Assembly: GCA_052327205.1 (NCBI GenBank) | Contig: CM126204.1 | Location: forward strand, 187,922,001 to 187,986,000 | Reading direction: 5' to 3' | Length of the DNA stretch: 64,000 bases | From: Somniosus microcephalus | Lineage: Eukaryota | In this document: in pieces, positions 36,778-49,260 of the stretch | Layout: each line of letters starts with the position of its first letter | Position numbering within the stretch: position 1 is the stretch's first letter | Position numbers and translations under genes: made by a program | The notes under the pieces: model-generated | What the model was told of the DNA's origin: nothing | Database searches by the model: none | Seen by the model: the letters and a program-made list of their open reading frames with translations, nothing else

Positions 36778-38165
36778 GAACATAGAAACAAAAAGTAGAC
36801 CATTCAGCCCCTTGAGCCTGTTCTGCCATTCTATTTGATCATGGATCTGCACCTCAACTCCATTTACCCTCCTTTGATCCATATCCCTTGATATACTTAA
36901 CTAACAAAAATCTATCAATCTCAGTCTTAAAAATTTTAACTGACTCAGTTTTCATAGCCTTTTGTGGGGGGGGGGGGGGGGGGGGAGAAGAGAGTTCCAG
37001 ATTTCCACTACCCTTTGCATGAAGTGCTTCCTGATTTCACTCCTGAACGTTTGCAACCTATCAATTCCATTTTCATTCAAACACCTGAGTTAGATCACCC
37101 CATAACCTTCTAAACTCAAGGGAATACATACCATTTATGCAACCTGTCTCATAATTTCACCCTTTAAGGCACAGGTGAAACAGCGCTGTACCCCTTCCAA
37201 GGCCAATATATCCTTCCTGAGGTGCGGTGCCCAAAACTGAATGCAGCACTCCAGATGAGGTCTGTACCAAGGCTCTGTACAACTGAAGCATAACTTCCTG
37301 CCCTTTGTATTACAGGTTGAGCGTCCCAAATCCGGAGTTCCGGAATCTTCCAGACTCCGGGACGATTGGTGGCAGGGGTCTGGAATCCGTAAAATGTTCC
37401 GGAATCTGGACACCGAGGGAGGCTTACCAAAAGCGCAACCTGTGCCCAGGCATTTCCGGACTTCGGAACGTGTTTCTGATGTCTAAAGTCTGGAAATACT
37501 GCAACATGAGCACGGCATTTCCGGACTTCGGACATCAGAAACATGTTCCGAAGTCCGGAAAAACACTAAAACCGGCTTGGCCTCGGTCCCGAGATTGCCG
37601 GATTCGGGACGTTCTACCTGTACAACCCTAGAGATAAAGGCCAACATTCACTAGCCTTTTTGATTACTTTTTTGTACCTGTGCACTAACGTTTAGTGATG
37701 TGTGTACCTGGACACCCAAGTCCCTTTGCTCCTCCACAGCTCCCAGTCTCTCTCACCATTACGAATATATTCCAATTTGTCTTTCTCAGATCTAAAGTGG
37801 ATGACCTCACACTTCCTCCACTGAACGGCATCTGCCACAATTTTGTCCACTCAGTCTGTCTTTGTTTTTTTGTAATTTCTTGCTCCCACCTACACAATTT
37901 ACTGTTCCTCATCTGCAAACTTGGATAATCAACTCTGTATTCCTTCATCCAAGTCATTTATAAATATGGTGAAAAGCTGAGACTCCAGCACAGATCCCTG
38001 GCGAGCACCACTTGTCACATCCTGCCAATCGGAGAATGTTCCCTTTATCCCTACTCTGTGTCCTACCTCCCAACCAATTACCAACCCATGTCCTAAGGTT
38101 ACCTCCAATTCCATGCACTCTCATTTTTGCTAATAATCTTTTGGGTGGAACCTTATCATTTGGCA
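36778..38165 (-). mobile_element. Degenerate CR1 3' portion
   Basis: Minus ORFs RPHLECCIQFWAP and QGSVLESQLFTIFIND. Tail at ~36780. Confidence 0.85.
37313..37620. mobile_element. Tc1/pogo (Tigger-like) MITE, 308 bp
   Basis: TA|CAGGTTGAGCGTCCCAAATCCGG...CCGGATTCGGGACGTTCTACCTG|TA with a TA TSD. Interior is largely palindromic. Confidence 0.88.
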
Positions 38166-39406
38166 CATCAAAGCTCATCATTCTGCTACTCAAAGTTCAT
38201 CCAACCTAGCATTCAATTACATTTTGAATGGCATTAAGCTATTTAACTCTACTGCTTTATCTAGCAGATTCCAAATATTTTATCACACTTAAAGAAATAT
38301 ATTCTAATATCGGTTTTAAACGTATTTTTCAACAATTTTTTTTTTGTCATTGGCACAACTTCAAACGAATATTCTGGATTCACTCTGCCATTTAAAACTT
38401 TCATATCACAACCGTAGGGTGCTTTCTATAAAGTTTATGCAACTCTTTCTTACAGCTAACCCGATTTACACAGGATCATTTTTGTTCTCGGCATCCTCTG
38501 TAATGCCCATAATCAACCAGAATTGGACAAAGTTATGATCAGGACATTATAAATGCCTGCGCAAAACATATAATCTTCAAACCTATACTGCAATGTTCTT
38601 GCCATGTGCCCCAATATTCTACTTGTTTTGCTTCAGTTGCTGCTCCAGATGGTCAACATTGAAAGTGAGTCTATTGTTTCTCTCTCATCCCTTTTTAAGT
38701 CTCACTGTGCTAAATCTATACCCTTTGACTTTATACTTCTGCCACTCATTTTTAAAACTCAAAATTCAGTTCATAATGGAACTTTCATTTGTCTGTCCAA
38801 TTGTATTGCATAACTAATCCTTCTGCAAATTGCTAACTGACCCCATGTCCCGACTGTAATGTTGTCTGCAAATTTGACAAGGTTACAATTGGTCTAGAAA
38901 AAAAACAGGGGTCCAAGCATTGACCCTTACAGTTATCCATTCAATACCACCTCCTCCGTCGAACTCCTCCCTTCCGACAATCTGACAACTGCACCTCTCA
39001 CGAGCCGTCTATTTTCTACCCAAATTCTTATCCAGCCCCATGTTCTACCTTGGATTCTCAGCAAAGTCTGTCATGTGGGACGTCGCCAAAGTCACTCTGA
39101 AAGTTCTACTAAACCATATAACAGGGAGTACTGCTGATTTTCATTTATAGTGTTCACAAGGAAAACTGAGGAGGTTTGTCAAACAGGACCTTCCTTTTCT
39201 AAATCCATGCTGGCTGTGATTTTTTTAAAACTAAGCTGTCGCTATACAAGTATTCGGCCAGCCCTACTCCATAAAATGGCTTCCATCATTTTACCCATTA
39301 CTGGCCATTAGGCCTCTTGTTGCCCAGGCCAAGAGTCTCTCCTTTAAATGTAGTCATTTATATTTCCTGTTCCTGCTTGCAGAAATTTATACTAAAAATT
39401 ACTTAC

Positions 39407-39523
39407 TTTAAATAGAAATCTATGATAACATCGTTCAAGAATTCTCCCTCTTTCAGACAATAGAGATCTTCATTAGTCACAGATATGCCACCCTTAGATG
39501 GAGGAGGTGGGTAAACTATCAAC
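39407..39523 (-). CDS. SENP6: SENP6 coding exon, 117 bp (start of Ulp1/peptidase C48 domain)
   Basis: [38 protein letters not shown](K) is the hallmark SENP6/7 catalytic-domain start. CAG acceptor, GTAAGT donor, phase 2/2. Confidence 0.96.
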
Positions 39524-40213
39524 CTGGTAAAAACAGAATCACACTTGGAATTATACAATTCCTTGAGAGATGGAAATATACAGCAAATAAAGATAATTTC
39601 TCATTCTAGGTAGTGCAACACTTAAATCCAGAATTAACACTATTCCTTGGCACAGAGTTTAGTTGTTTAAAAGCACTGTATGGAATCCAAATGTTGAGAG
39701 AGAAAAGTCCTTCAGGTCAGCTTTACATCAGAAACTCTCCCAAAATTCACCTTAAGGAAGGGAGATAAGATGGAGGAAAAGAAAAGAAAAATAAATTCAG
39801 TGACCAGGCAGCGCACAGTAGGATGCGGGTTCCAGCAAACCAACGGTTGCTAAGGTTTCTTCCGCTTTTCCTTCCTCCATTGGGAAATATTTGGCCTCTG
39901 CTTAAAGTCTCTTAGCAATAACACCACTGAGCTTGGGAAGTGAATGGAGTGGGGGGACTTGAACCCTACGTACCTCCACTCATTTTATCCACACCTATCT
40001 GTGCTGTCAACTGCCAATTATTTTTATAAAAACTTATTTCTCTTAACTTTCCAAAACACTAACACTTCACAATTCAAAATCATAAAGTGAGCTACAAGTC
40101 CAGTGTAACAGCATGCTTGGCCCACACAATCATTTTGAAATAAACAGTAGTTTTGTTTCAAGTACATTTACTCTTGAGTATTGTGATTTTCCCACTCAAT
40201 TTAACAGACTTAC

Positions 40214-40305
40214 TTTTCAATAGGACCTGTAAAGGAAGTATGGGATGATCCCAAGCCATCTTCACTTGAACGGGTGGTGTTCCTCAAACAGTATTTGGGG
40301 GCAAC
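40214..40305 (-). CDS. SENP6: SENP6 coding exon, 92 bp
   Basis: VAPKYCLRNTTRSSEDGLGSSHTSFTGPIE(K) resembles SENP6 HTIFIGPVEK. TTTTATAG acceptor, GTAAGT donor, phase 0/2. Confidence 0.85.
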
Positions 40306-41164
40306 CTATAAAATTAAATTTAAAACACAGGTGACATGTAGCAAGAGGAGAAAATAGAAGGGGGGGTGGGGGGTAACTTTCTGCTGTTTTTGTAGTCACA
40401 CTTTCAATTAGGGCAATTCCATACTCTACAAGTTAAGATCACATGCCCAGCAAAATTATCAGAAGGCCTCTCCCACTCTGATTTTTTAGGTAGAACTACG
40501 TGACCTTGTCCCCTCTCAACCGTATGACATCCACTGCCCATCTTTACCTCCCATCAACCAATCACGGCAGCATGCAGTTAGGATGTGATCTTTGGAGGAG
40601 CCCAGTGCCTTTCATATATAGGAGGAATGGAAATTAATAATATTTGAGCCAATTAGAATTTAAAAATGCAATGATTATCCAATGCGGTTTAACATTAATC
40701 TTAGTTAACTTGCTGGCTCATCCAGTGACTCATTCACTAGCTTGGGGAGCAGGGGAAGGCAATACTTGCCATCTGCTTTCATGTAAAGGGCAAGATCGAC
40801 AAAACCTAAAGAGAAGATCTTACTTCTGCATCACTGCACCCTGAATACCATTAGCACCATGCCCAGGCTTTTTAACACATCGGTGGTCTAACTTGAGATG
40901 TGCTAATTGCTGAAAAAAGCCCCGATAAACTGCATGGGTATGATGGGCAGTGCGGCCCCACTGAGGGAGCAGGGGAAACAGCATAAAGGAACTTCATTTG
41001 CCAAGGTAGTGCATGGCTGCCAATGGCAGGATTTCAAAGTCTCTGGTCCAGGAGTATTTTTTTTATATAAAAGGCATGCATTCGATTCAAAGGCAGACAA
41101 CTATGCTCTTAAAAAGGACTGTGTGACGTGAGTGAGATCAATGGGTAGCCCTTGTATTTGGAAA

Positions 41165-41420
41165 GAAAGACTGGCATTTATATAGTGCCTTTCACGACCT
41201 CAGGGCATCCCAAAGCACTTTACAGCCAAGGAAGTACTTTTGAAGTGCAGCCACTGTTGTAATGTAGGAAACGCAGAAGCCAATTTGCACACAGCAAGCT
41301 CCCAAAAACAGCAATTAAATAAATGACCAGAACATCAGTTTTAGGTGTTGGTTGAGAGATAAATATTGGCCAGGACACCGGAAGAACTCCCCTGCTCCTC
41401 TTTGAATATTGCCGTAGGAT
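41165..41420 (-). mobile_element. DeuSINE-like SINE 3' half
   Basis: Reverse complement of the SINE tail (GCATTTATATAGTGCCTTTCACGACCTCAGG). Confidence 0.75.
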
Positions 41421-41929
41421 ATTTTATCATAGGCTATTAAATATTTTATTATAGGCTAGTCATCATAGAAGGCTGCACTTGCCTTAGAGGGGGTGCAACG
41501 AAAGGTCACTAACTTGATTCCTGGGATGAGGGGGCTGTTCTATGAGAAGAGATTGAATAGATGGGCTTCTAGTCTCTGGAGTTTAGAAGAATGAGAGGTG
41601 ATCCTAAAGTACCCTGCGTTTGGAATAATTGGAGGTGTTCATCTGTGCCCATCTTACTGCTGCAACACTAAAACTACTTTCTCTTTCAAGGAAAAAGGTC
41701 AAGTGATCTCAGCATCTCTTGTTTTCTTCCAGCATTCCCATTATTCTTCCAATTTCTCACAGTATCTCCAATTCTCTTATTCTTTCCATTCTCAATTTGT
41801 CACTGGCAGAATTAATTCCAAGTGTACCACACAAGAAAACTGAAGCTTGATCTTGCTAACTCTTGTTAATTTTCTGCTCCAGTAGGAGCACAGTTAATTT
41901 CAGCAGCCAAGAAATTCATGGCTTCGGAG

Positions 41930-42096
41930 CAATGTTCCCCGTAACTTTTTTTTGGACTGTGCGGCACCTTTAACAGGCTGTGCTCTCCATTCAAAAGTCC
42001 ATGCATGCGTGATTTTTTTCCAATTTAAAATCCGGCTCACTGGCTGCGCGGGACCCCTGGAGCGCTGCACGGCCGTGCGGCTTAATGGGAATGTTG
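41930..42096. mobile_element. hAT-type MITE (167 bp)
   Basis: TIR CAATGTTCCC / GGGAATGTTG. 8-bp TSD CTTCGGAG / CTTGGGAG. Confidence 0.82.
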
Positions 42097-42145
42097 CTTG
42101 GGAGTTGTGCATTAAGTTATCATATGGTATCACTAAAGTTTGTGC

Positions 42146-42512
42146 GACACTCCAGTGCAGTACTGAGGGAGTGCTGCACTGTCGGAGGTGCCGCCTTTCG
42201 GATGAGACGTTAAACCGAGGTCCCTCATGCCCCGTCAGGTGGACGTAAAAGATCGCATGGCACTATTTCGAAGAACAGGAGAGTTCTCCCCAGTGTCCTA
42301 GCTAATATTTATCCCTCAGCCAACAACATGAACAACAGGCTATCTGGTCATTATCACATTACTGTTTGTGGGAGCTTGCTGTGCGCATATTAGCTGCCGC
42401 TTTTCCTACATTAAACAGTGACGACAATTCAAAAGTGCTTCATTGGCTGTAAAGTGCTTTGGTATTTCCTGAGGTCATGAAAGGCGCCATATAAATCCAA
42501 GTCTTTCGTTCT
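42146..42512 (+). mobile_element. DeuSINE-like SINE (5'-truncated)
   Basis: Same core and tail as 35805-36228 and 63360-63828. Confidence 0.8.
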
Positions 42513-43121
42513 TAAATGCATTTAGCCAGACCCCATCATGAGTACTGGGTAGTTCTGGTCATGTAATTACAGGAAGGATGGCAGTCCTCGAGAGACTAGC
42601 AATAAAGAAGATTGCAATGATCAGTAATTTAACTTCTGAGAAAGGTTAAGAAAATTGGGATTTCCACCCTCCACCTGGAATAAGAGAAACTTTGAGGCGG
42701 TTGAATTCAAGTTTTCAAGACCATGAAGGGAAGTAACAAAACTAAGCCGAACAAACTGCTCCCAGTGATAAAAAGTTCAAAAACCTGGGGATGCAGGTTA
42801 AAAATTGGCAAGTTAGGCAAATTGCCTTTTCTGTTCCTAACACTTCTCATAATCTAGAGTTCCAGACCTCTGTCTTTCAGAGACCCGATTGAAACCTGCA
42901 CAACTCGTTTTTTTACTTTCACAAGAAGCCATAAGAAGAAAGTCAGTCAGTCTGTGCTAATCTCAAACCCAAGTCTGCAGAGGTAAATAAAAACCAAGGT
43001 TCATCATTTGACTTCACACCCCATTGTTTGTTTAGTCTTGATTGTTTTGCACCTAAACCTCCATAAAACTAGTACGTCAGTGGAACTGAACCACTCAAGA
43101 GTACTACAGCAACATGCTTAC

Positions 43122-43339
43122 CCTGCTGTCCTTGAGTAATAGATTCCCCTTGTTAAGCTCCTCTAGGTTCTGTGTGAACAGAAGAAGCCTGCTGTTTGCT
43201 TCATGAAATGGTATGGGGACAAAAATGTTTGGTATATTGTTCTTTTTGCCAACTTCAGTTAAAATCCTTTCAAAAATAGCAGCCGCTCGAAGATCCGGAA
43301 CAGACTCAAAAATCAGGGCAATGTACCGTTCATCAGTAG
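43122..43339 (-). CDS. SENP6: SENP6 coding exon, 218 bp
   Basis: TDERYIALIFE...IFERILTEVGKKNNIPNIFVPIPFHEANSRL resembles SENP6 EEQYIILIFQ...IPFEEANGRL. CAG acceptor, GTAAGC donor, phase 1/0. Confidence 0.92.
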
Positions 43340-44929
43340 CTGCAAAATACAACACACAAATGCTGCTCAACATCTACGTCAGCAAAAATAGCTACGTTGG
43401 TGTTCGCGAAGATGAACTGTCTGCAATTTTCCACATTGTTACTGCAATATTATGAAGGGAATTCATTGGATGTTATGTATATTGATTCTCAAAAGGCACA
43501 TGATAAATTGCTGCATTGGGGGCCTGTTGATGATGTTAAGGGAATGTTGAGCATGGCTAGGAAATTGGTTAATAAAATTAACCTATGTTGATATAGCACC
43601 TTTCATAAAGAATGCACCAAGATGCTTCTTAGAGGCTTGAGGAAAAATAGATGCCAAGCCAAACGAGGGGAGATTAAGAAAGGGTGACCAAATGCTTGGT
43701 CTAAGAGGTGGGTTCTGAGGAGAGGCAGTGGGGACTGGGGGAAGGCGAGAGTTGGGGGGAGAGCACTGCAAGGCTGGAGGAGGTTACAGAGAAAAGGAGG
43801 GACAAAGCCATGAAGGGATTTAAACACAAAGATGAGAATTTTCAATTTGAGTCTTTGGGCCAACCGGTCTATAATTCCATGGTTTCCCCCTCTCACCTTT
43901 CTTAAATAGTGGAGTGACGTGCAATTTTCCAACCTAAAGGAACAGTTCTCTGCATTAAATTGCATCGAACATCTATTTGTCTAATCTACTAATCTGTCTA
44001 TATCCTCTTGAATTGACAAATATTCATCTTCTCAGTTTGACAATACAGAGACAATGGAGAAGTCCAGAGAAGTGTGGAGGGGTACAGCTGGGTTTCATTA
44101 GCGTACCTGTGGAAGCTGACCGCATGTCTAGGAATGATGTCGCCAATGGGTAGCATGTAGATGAAGAGGAGGAGGCCATGGACAGATCCAGAGGTAATTG
44201 TGTAGGAGTAGGAAGAGAAACCATTGCTAGGGATTTTCTGACTAGGAGTGGATAGATAAGAGTGGAACCACACGAGGGTAGTCCCAGAGCTGGACAACAG
44301 TGGAAGGATAACTAGGCCATGGAGAGGGGGCAAAGGAGTTTCGCTAGGATAATATAAGAGATGAGAGACCCGAGAAACTAGACCGCCTTTCATTAGAGCA
44401 GACAAGCTTAAGAGGTCTAATGGAGTTGTTCTAAATTTGAAGGATTTTGATAAGATAAATAAGAAAAAACTATTTCCATTAATCTATGAATCAGTAACTA
44501 CAAGGTATACATTTTCTATCACCAAAATAACAAAGAAGGGTTAGGAGAAATTTTTATTTTAAAGTGAGGGTTGCAAGAACATAGAATGCTCTACCAGAAA
44601 CAACGTGGAAGCAGAATCCATAATAGGTTTTTAGAAGATATGTGGATAAATAGTTGAAATAGAAAAATGTTGAAGAGTAGGAATAAAGGGCAAGGAAATG
44701 GGATTAATAGGATAACTCATTCAAGAGCCAGCACAGACAACAATGGGCTAAATGGCCTCCTTCAGGGTTGTAATATTATGATTCCATGAAAAGCTCAAAA
44801 TGTCTCAGATTAGCAAATTAATTGAGGTAGACAGAGATATGGTAAGCAACATCAGCAAGAGGGTATTCAGCTTCTCCAAAATGGCTATAATCCCAACACA
44901 TGCAAAAAAAGTGCAAACGGCCTTAATTC

Positions 44930-45390
44930 AACAACAACTTGCATTTATATAGCACCTTTAATGCAGGCGCTTCACAGGAGCGTTATCAAACAAAATTTGA
45001 TGCTGAGCCACATAAGGACAGATGGCCAAAAGCTTGGTCAAAGAGGTAGGTTTTAAGGAGTGTCTTAAAGGAGGAAAGAGAGGTAGAGAGGCGAAGAGGT
45101 TTAGGGAGGGAATTGCAGAGCTTAGGGCCTAGGCAGCTGAAGGCACGGCCACCAATGGTGGAGCGATTATAATCGGGGATGCGCAAGAGGCCAGAACTGG
45201 AGGAGAGCAGAGATCTTGGAGGGTTGTGGGGCTGGAGGAGGTTAGAGAGATAGGGAGGGGGGAGGCCATGGAGGCATTTGAAAACAAGGATGAGAATTTT
45301 AAAATTGAGACATTGCAGGACCAGGAGCCAATGTAGGTCAGTGAGCATAGGGGTGATGGGTGAACGGGACTTGGTGCGAGTTAGGATACA
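44930..45390 (-). mobile_element. L2 LINE 3' end
   Basis: Minus ORF ...SPITPMLTDLHWL...FKTLLKTYLFDQAF and (CAA)n tail. Confidence 0.88.
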
Positions 45391-45511
45391 ATGATAGAGG
45401 GGGACAAAGCAGCATTTGAGTAGAGTGTCTTCATTATTTTTACATAAAAGATCAAGCAGCTCATTTGTGTTCATCAATTTTATCATTGTTAATGCAGTGG
45501 ATTATACTCAC

Positions 45512-45691
45512 TGGTCCCTTGAGAATCAAACCAGCTCTTCTCTCTGCTCATTTTGAGAGATGATCGTATATTGTGGCAAGCAGCAGGTGTCACTTGCAGA
45601 AAAAGCACTGGTAATACAGGTGCACTGCACCATTCACACATAGTGAATTCGGAAGCTTGTAAAACGATGTCTTGGGATGACTCATTAGGCA
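45512..45691 (-). CDS. SENP6: SENP6 coding exon, 180 bp
   Basis: PNESSQDIVLQASEFTMCEWCSAPVLPVLFLQ...WFDSQGT resembles SENP6 CEWCNVRKLPVVFLQ. CAG acceptor, GTGAGT donor, phase 1/1. Confidence 0.9.
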
Positions 45692-45872
45692 CTGCAAAGG
45701 AAGAACAGATATGCTATTATATTCTATTCTTCACTTTTTTATACAGTTAATGATTTTCATTATGACTGATGTGGTTTAGTTAATGACTTAAAAAGACCCT
45801 CACTTGCAATTTGCTTTATTCAAAATTAACAAATTGTTCAAGAATTATGATTGAAATGTCTGTCCAGTTCTT

Positions 45873-48800
45873 TCATAGAATCATAGAAAGTTACAGCACG
45901 GGAGGAGGCCATTTCGGCCCATCGTGTCCTCGCCAGCCAACAAAGAGCTAGCCTGCCTAATCCCACTTCCCAGCTCTTGGTCCGTAGCCCTGCAGGTTGG
46001 AGCATCCCAAGTGCACATCCAAGTACTTTTTAAACGTGGTTAGGGTTCCTGCCTCTACCACCCTTTCAGGCAGTGAGTTCCAGACCCCCGACAACCCTCT
46101 GGGTGAAGAAATTTCCCCTCAAATCCCCTCTAAACCTTCCCCAATTACTTTAAATCTGTGCCCCCTGGTTTTTGATCCCTCTGCTAAGGGAAATAGGTCC
46201 TTTCTATCCACTCGATCTATGCCCCTCATAATTTTATACACCTCAATAAGGTCTCCCCTCAGCCTCCTCCGTTCCAAGGAAAACAGACCCAGCCTATCCA
46301 GTCTTTCCTCATAGCTAAGATTCCTTACTCCTGGCAACATCCTTGTAAATCTCCTCTGTACCCTCTCCAGTGCACTCACATCTTTCCTGTAATGTGGTGA
46401 CCAGAACTGCATGCAGTACTCCAGCTGAAGCCTAACTAGTGTTTTATACAGATGAAGCATAACCCCCCTGCTCTTGTATTCTATGCCACGGCTAATAAAG
46501 GCAAGCATTCCGTAAGCCTTCTTAACCACCTTATCTACCTGGCCTGCTACCTTCAGGGATCTGTGGACATGCACTCCAAGGTCCCTTTGTTCCTCTACAC
46601 TACTCAGTGTCCTACCATTTAATGTGTATTCCCTTTCCTCGTTAGCCCTCCCCAAATGCATTACCTCACTTCTCCGGGTTGAATGCTATTTGCCACTGTT
46701 CTGCCCACCTGACCAATTTATTGATATTTCCCTGCAGTCTACAGATTCCTTCTTCAGTATCAACCACACAGCTGATTTTAGTATCATCTGCAAACTTCTT
46801 AATCATACCCCCTATATTCAAGTCTAGATCATTGATATATACCACAAAAAGCAAGTGACCTAGTACTGAGCCCTGCGGCACCCCACTGGAAACAGCCTTC
46901 CAGTCACAAAAACACCCATCAACCATTACTCTCTGCTTCCTGTCTCCGGGCCAGTTTTGAATTCAACTTGACACTTTGCCCTGGATCCCATGGGCTTTTA
47001 ACTTCGTGACCAGTCTGCCATGTGGAACCTTATCAAAAGCATGGCTAAAGTCCATATACACTACATCAAATGCACTACCCTCATCTACCCTCCTTGTTAC
47101 CTCCTCAAAAAAAATCAATCAAGTTTGTCAGACACGACCTTCCCTTAACAAATCCGTGCTGGCTATCCTTGATTAATCGGTGTCTTTCTAAATGAAGATT
47201 TATCCTGTCCTTCAGAATTCTTTCCAATAATTTTCCCACCACAGAGGTTAGGCTTGTAACGGAAATAGCCATATTCCAAGAGATACACCATCTTATGAAC
47301 GGAATTTTGACTTTATTAAAACATGAAAACTGGGTTTAAAAATCTAAAAGCCTCAACGGCACAGGCTGCAAACAGACAACAGGCTTTTGAGATAAGATCA
47401 GTTAACACAAGCTGTAAACACCATACAAGCTTTTGAAATGGGAATGGGTTATTGACAATAAAACAATGGCCCTATTGAAGCAAACCATTGGAGTTTCCAG
47501 TTTGGGAGAAACAATACCATTGCCCAGTTTAAAAAGTGTTATAAACTAACACTCCGGGAAACAGAAACTTAAAACATTAAACAACCATATGCCTTCATAA
47601 TATCACATCAAATGAAACAAGCAGACACAACGCCTGTGGGATAACCATTGAGATAGCTAGAAAACAAGTAAACACTCGGTTGAAGTGTTTTCAATTTACA
47701 TGTTGTAATATACAAACAGAAGACTTGGTAGATATGAAATCAAAAGATGCACCAAGCAATCACATTGTGTTTGTGTTGAACTTGGAACGCAAAGGAGTCA
47801 CGACGTCTGCTTCCAAACAGCTAGGTGATTTTAGAATTGAATGGAAGTCCTTCGATAAAAATGGCATAGAATAGATACATAAGTTATAACCGTTTTTTAT
47901 GATACGTTTTGAAACACCTATACAGCAGACAGGATTCTGAGAGTTGGCAGCTGAAATGACAGCAAAAATAGAAAAGAATTCAATAGAGAATGACTAGAGA
48001 TAATTAGCTTACATCAGCCAAAAACTTCAAAGAATAAGCCACTAAGAAAAGGTATAAAAATAGAGCTTTTCAGATGGAAAGTCAGAAGTCGCTGAAAGGG
48101 GCAAAGCGATTCTCTCACTCTTCAGAGGCATCTCTAAGTTTTTAACTCTGAGTCTCGGGGATCAAAAAGGTACTCTTATTTGATTTTGGTGGATATTCTG
48201 GATTAGAAATAAGATGAAATGTAAACATGTACGAAGTTAAGATTTGAGAATAAGGATCTCTGAGAATAAGAAATGTAAGCTATTTGTATTTTGAACTGTT
48301 AACAGCTGTTGAGTCAACTGCAACTTTAACTACATGTCGGTTCTTTAATAAATCTATATTTTTTTAGAATTGTCTCAGAGTACTTCTGTACCAAACTCGT
48401 GAACTCAATCTCTGTACACTCTTTGGTGAGGAGTTGCAGATTCTGGGGGAGTATTCGGACCCTCATAATATCCAGAAGGTTACAGTCTAGTTAAACTTAC
48501 TAAAGTGCTATCTGGAGGACGGTAACATCTTCAAGTCATTCCTTTCCTTTAGAGAGAGATAGTCTGGAACTTTAGACCCATTTAAGCATCTTATAGGATT
48601 CAGCTATCTCTAACTTTAATTGAAGGCGAACATCTGGGGAATGCACCTGATCCGGGGTAGCCCGTAAAGGGCTAGGACTAGTAATTATCGCTTCAGTTGG
48701 AGCACCACGATTTAATATCTACAAAGCATTCTGTCTGTATATTTTACAACATGTAAATTGAAAACACTTCAACCGAGTATTTACTTGTTTTCTAGCTATC

Positions 48801-49260
48801 TCAATGGTTATCGCACAGACGTCGTGTCTGCTTGTTTTATTTGATGTGATATTATGAAGGCATATGGTTGTTTAATTTTCTAAGTTTCTGTTTCCCGGAG
48901 TGTTAGTTTATAACACTTTAAACTGGGCAATGGTATGGTGTTTCTCCCAAACTGCAGACTTTCTGGAAACTCCAATGGTTTGCTTCAATAGGGCCATTGT
49001 TTTATTGTCAATAACCCATTCCCATTTCATGGTGTTTACAGCTTGTGTTAACAACTGATCTTATCTCAAAAGCCTGTGTTCTGTTTGCAGCCTGTGTCGT
49101 TGAGACTTTTAGATTTTTAAACCCAGTTTTCATGTTTTAATAAAGTCAAAATTCCGTTCATAGGATGGTGTACCTCTTGGAATATGGCTATTTCCTTTAC
49201 AGGCTGACTGGCCTGTAATTACTCGGTCTATCCTTTTCTCCCTTTTTAAACAAAGGTACC
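45873..49260 (-). mobile_element. CR1 LINE 3' portion, interrupted by the long-TIR element
   Basis: Minus ORFs 46119-46661 and 46666-46926 (QGSVLG, FADD). CATAGAATCATAGA tail. Resumes at 49202. Confidence 0.9.
47255..49201. mobile_element. Non-coding element with ~490-bp TIRs, TGT...ACA ends and 4-bp TSD (Ginger-like or LTR-derived)
   Basis: 47255-~47741 is the reverse complement of ~48709-49201. TSD GGCT at 47251-47254 and 49202-49205. Removal restores the CR1 sequence GGTTAGGCTGACTGGCC. Family assignment is uncertain. Confidence 0.85.

Noticed and set aside
47255-49201. DIRS, Polinton or assembly fold-back explanation
   Set aside because: DIRS elements leave no TSD and Polintons have 6-bp TSDs with AG...CT ends. 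The arms are diverged and flanked by a clean TSD, which argues against an artefact.
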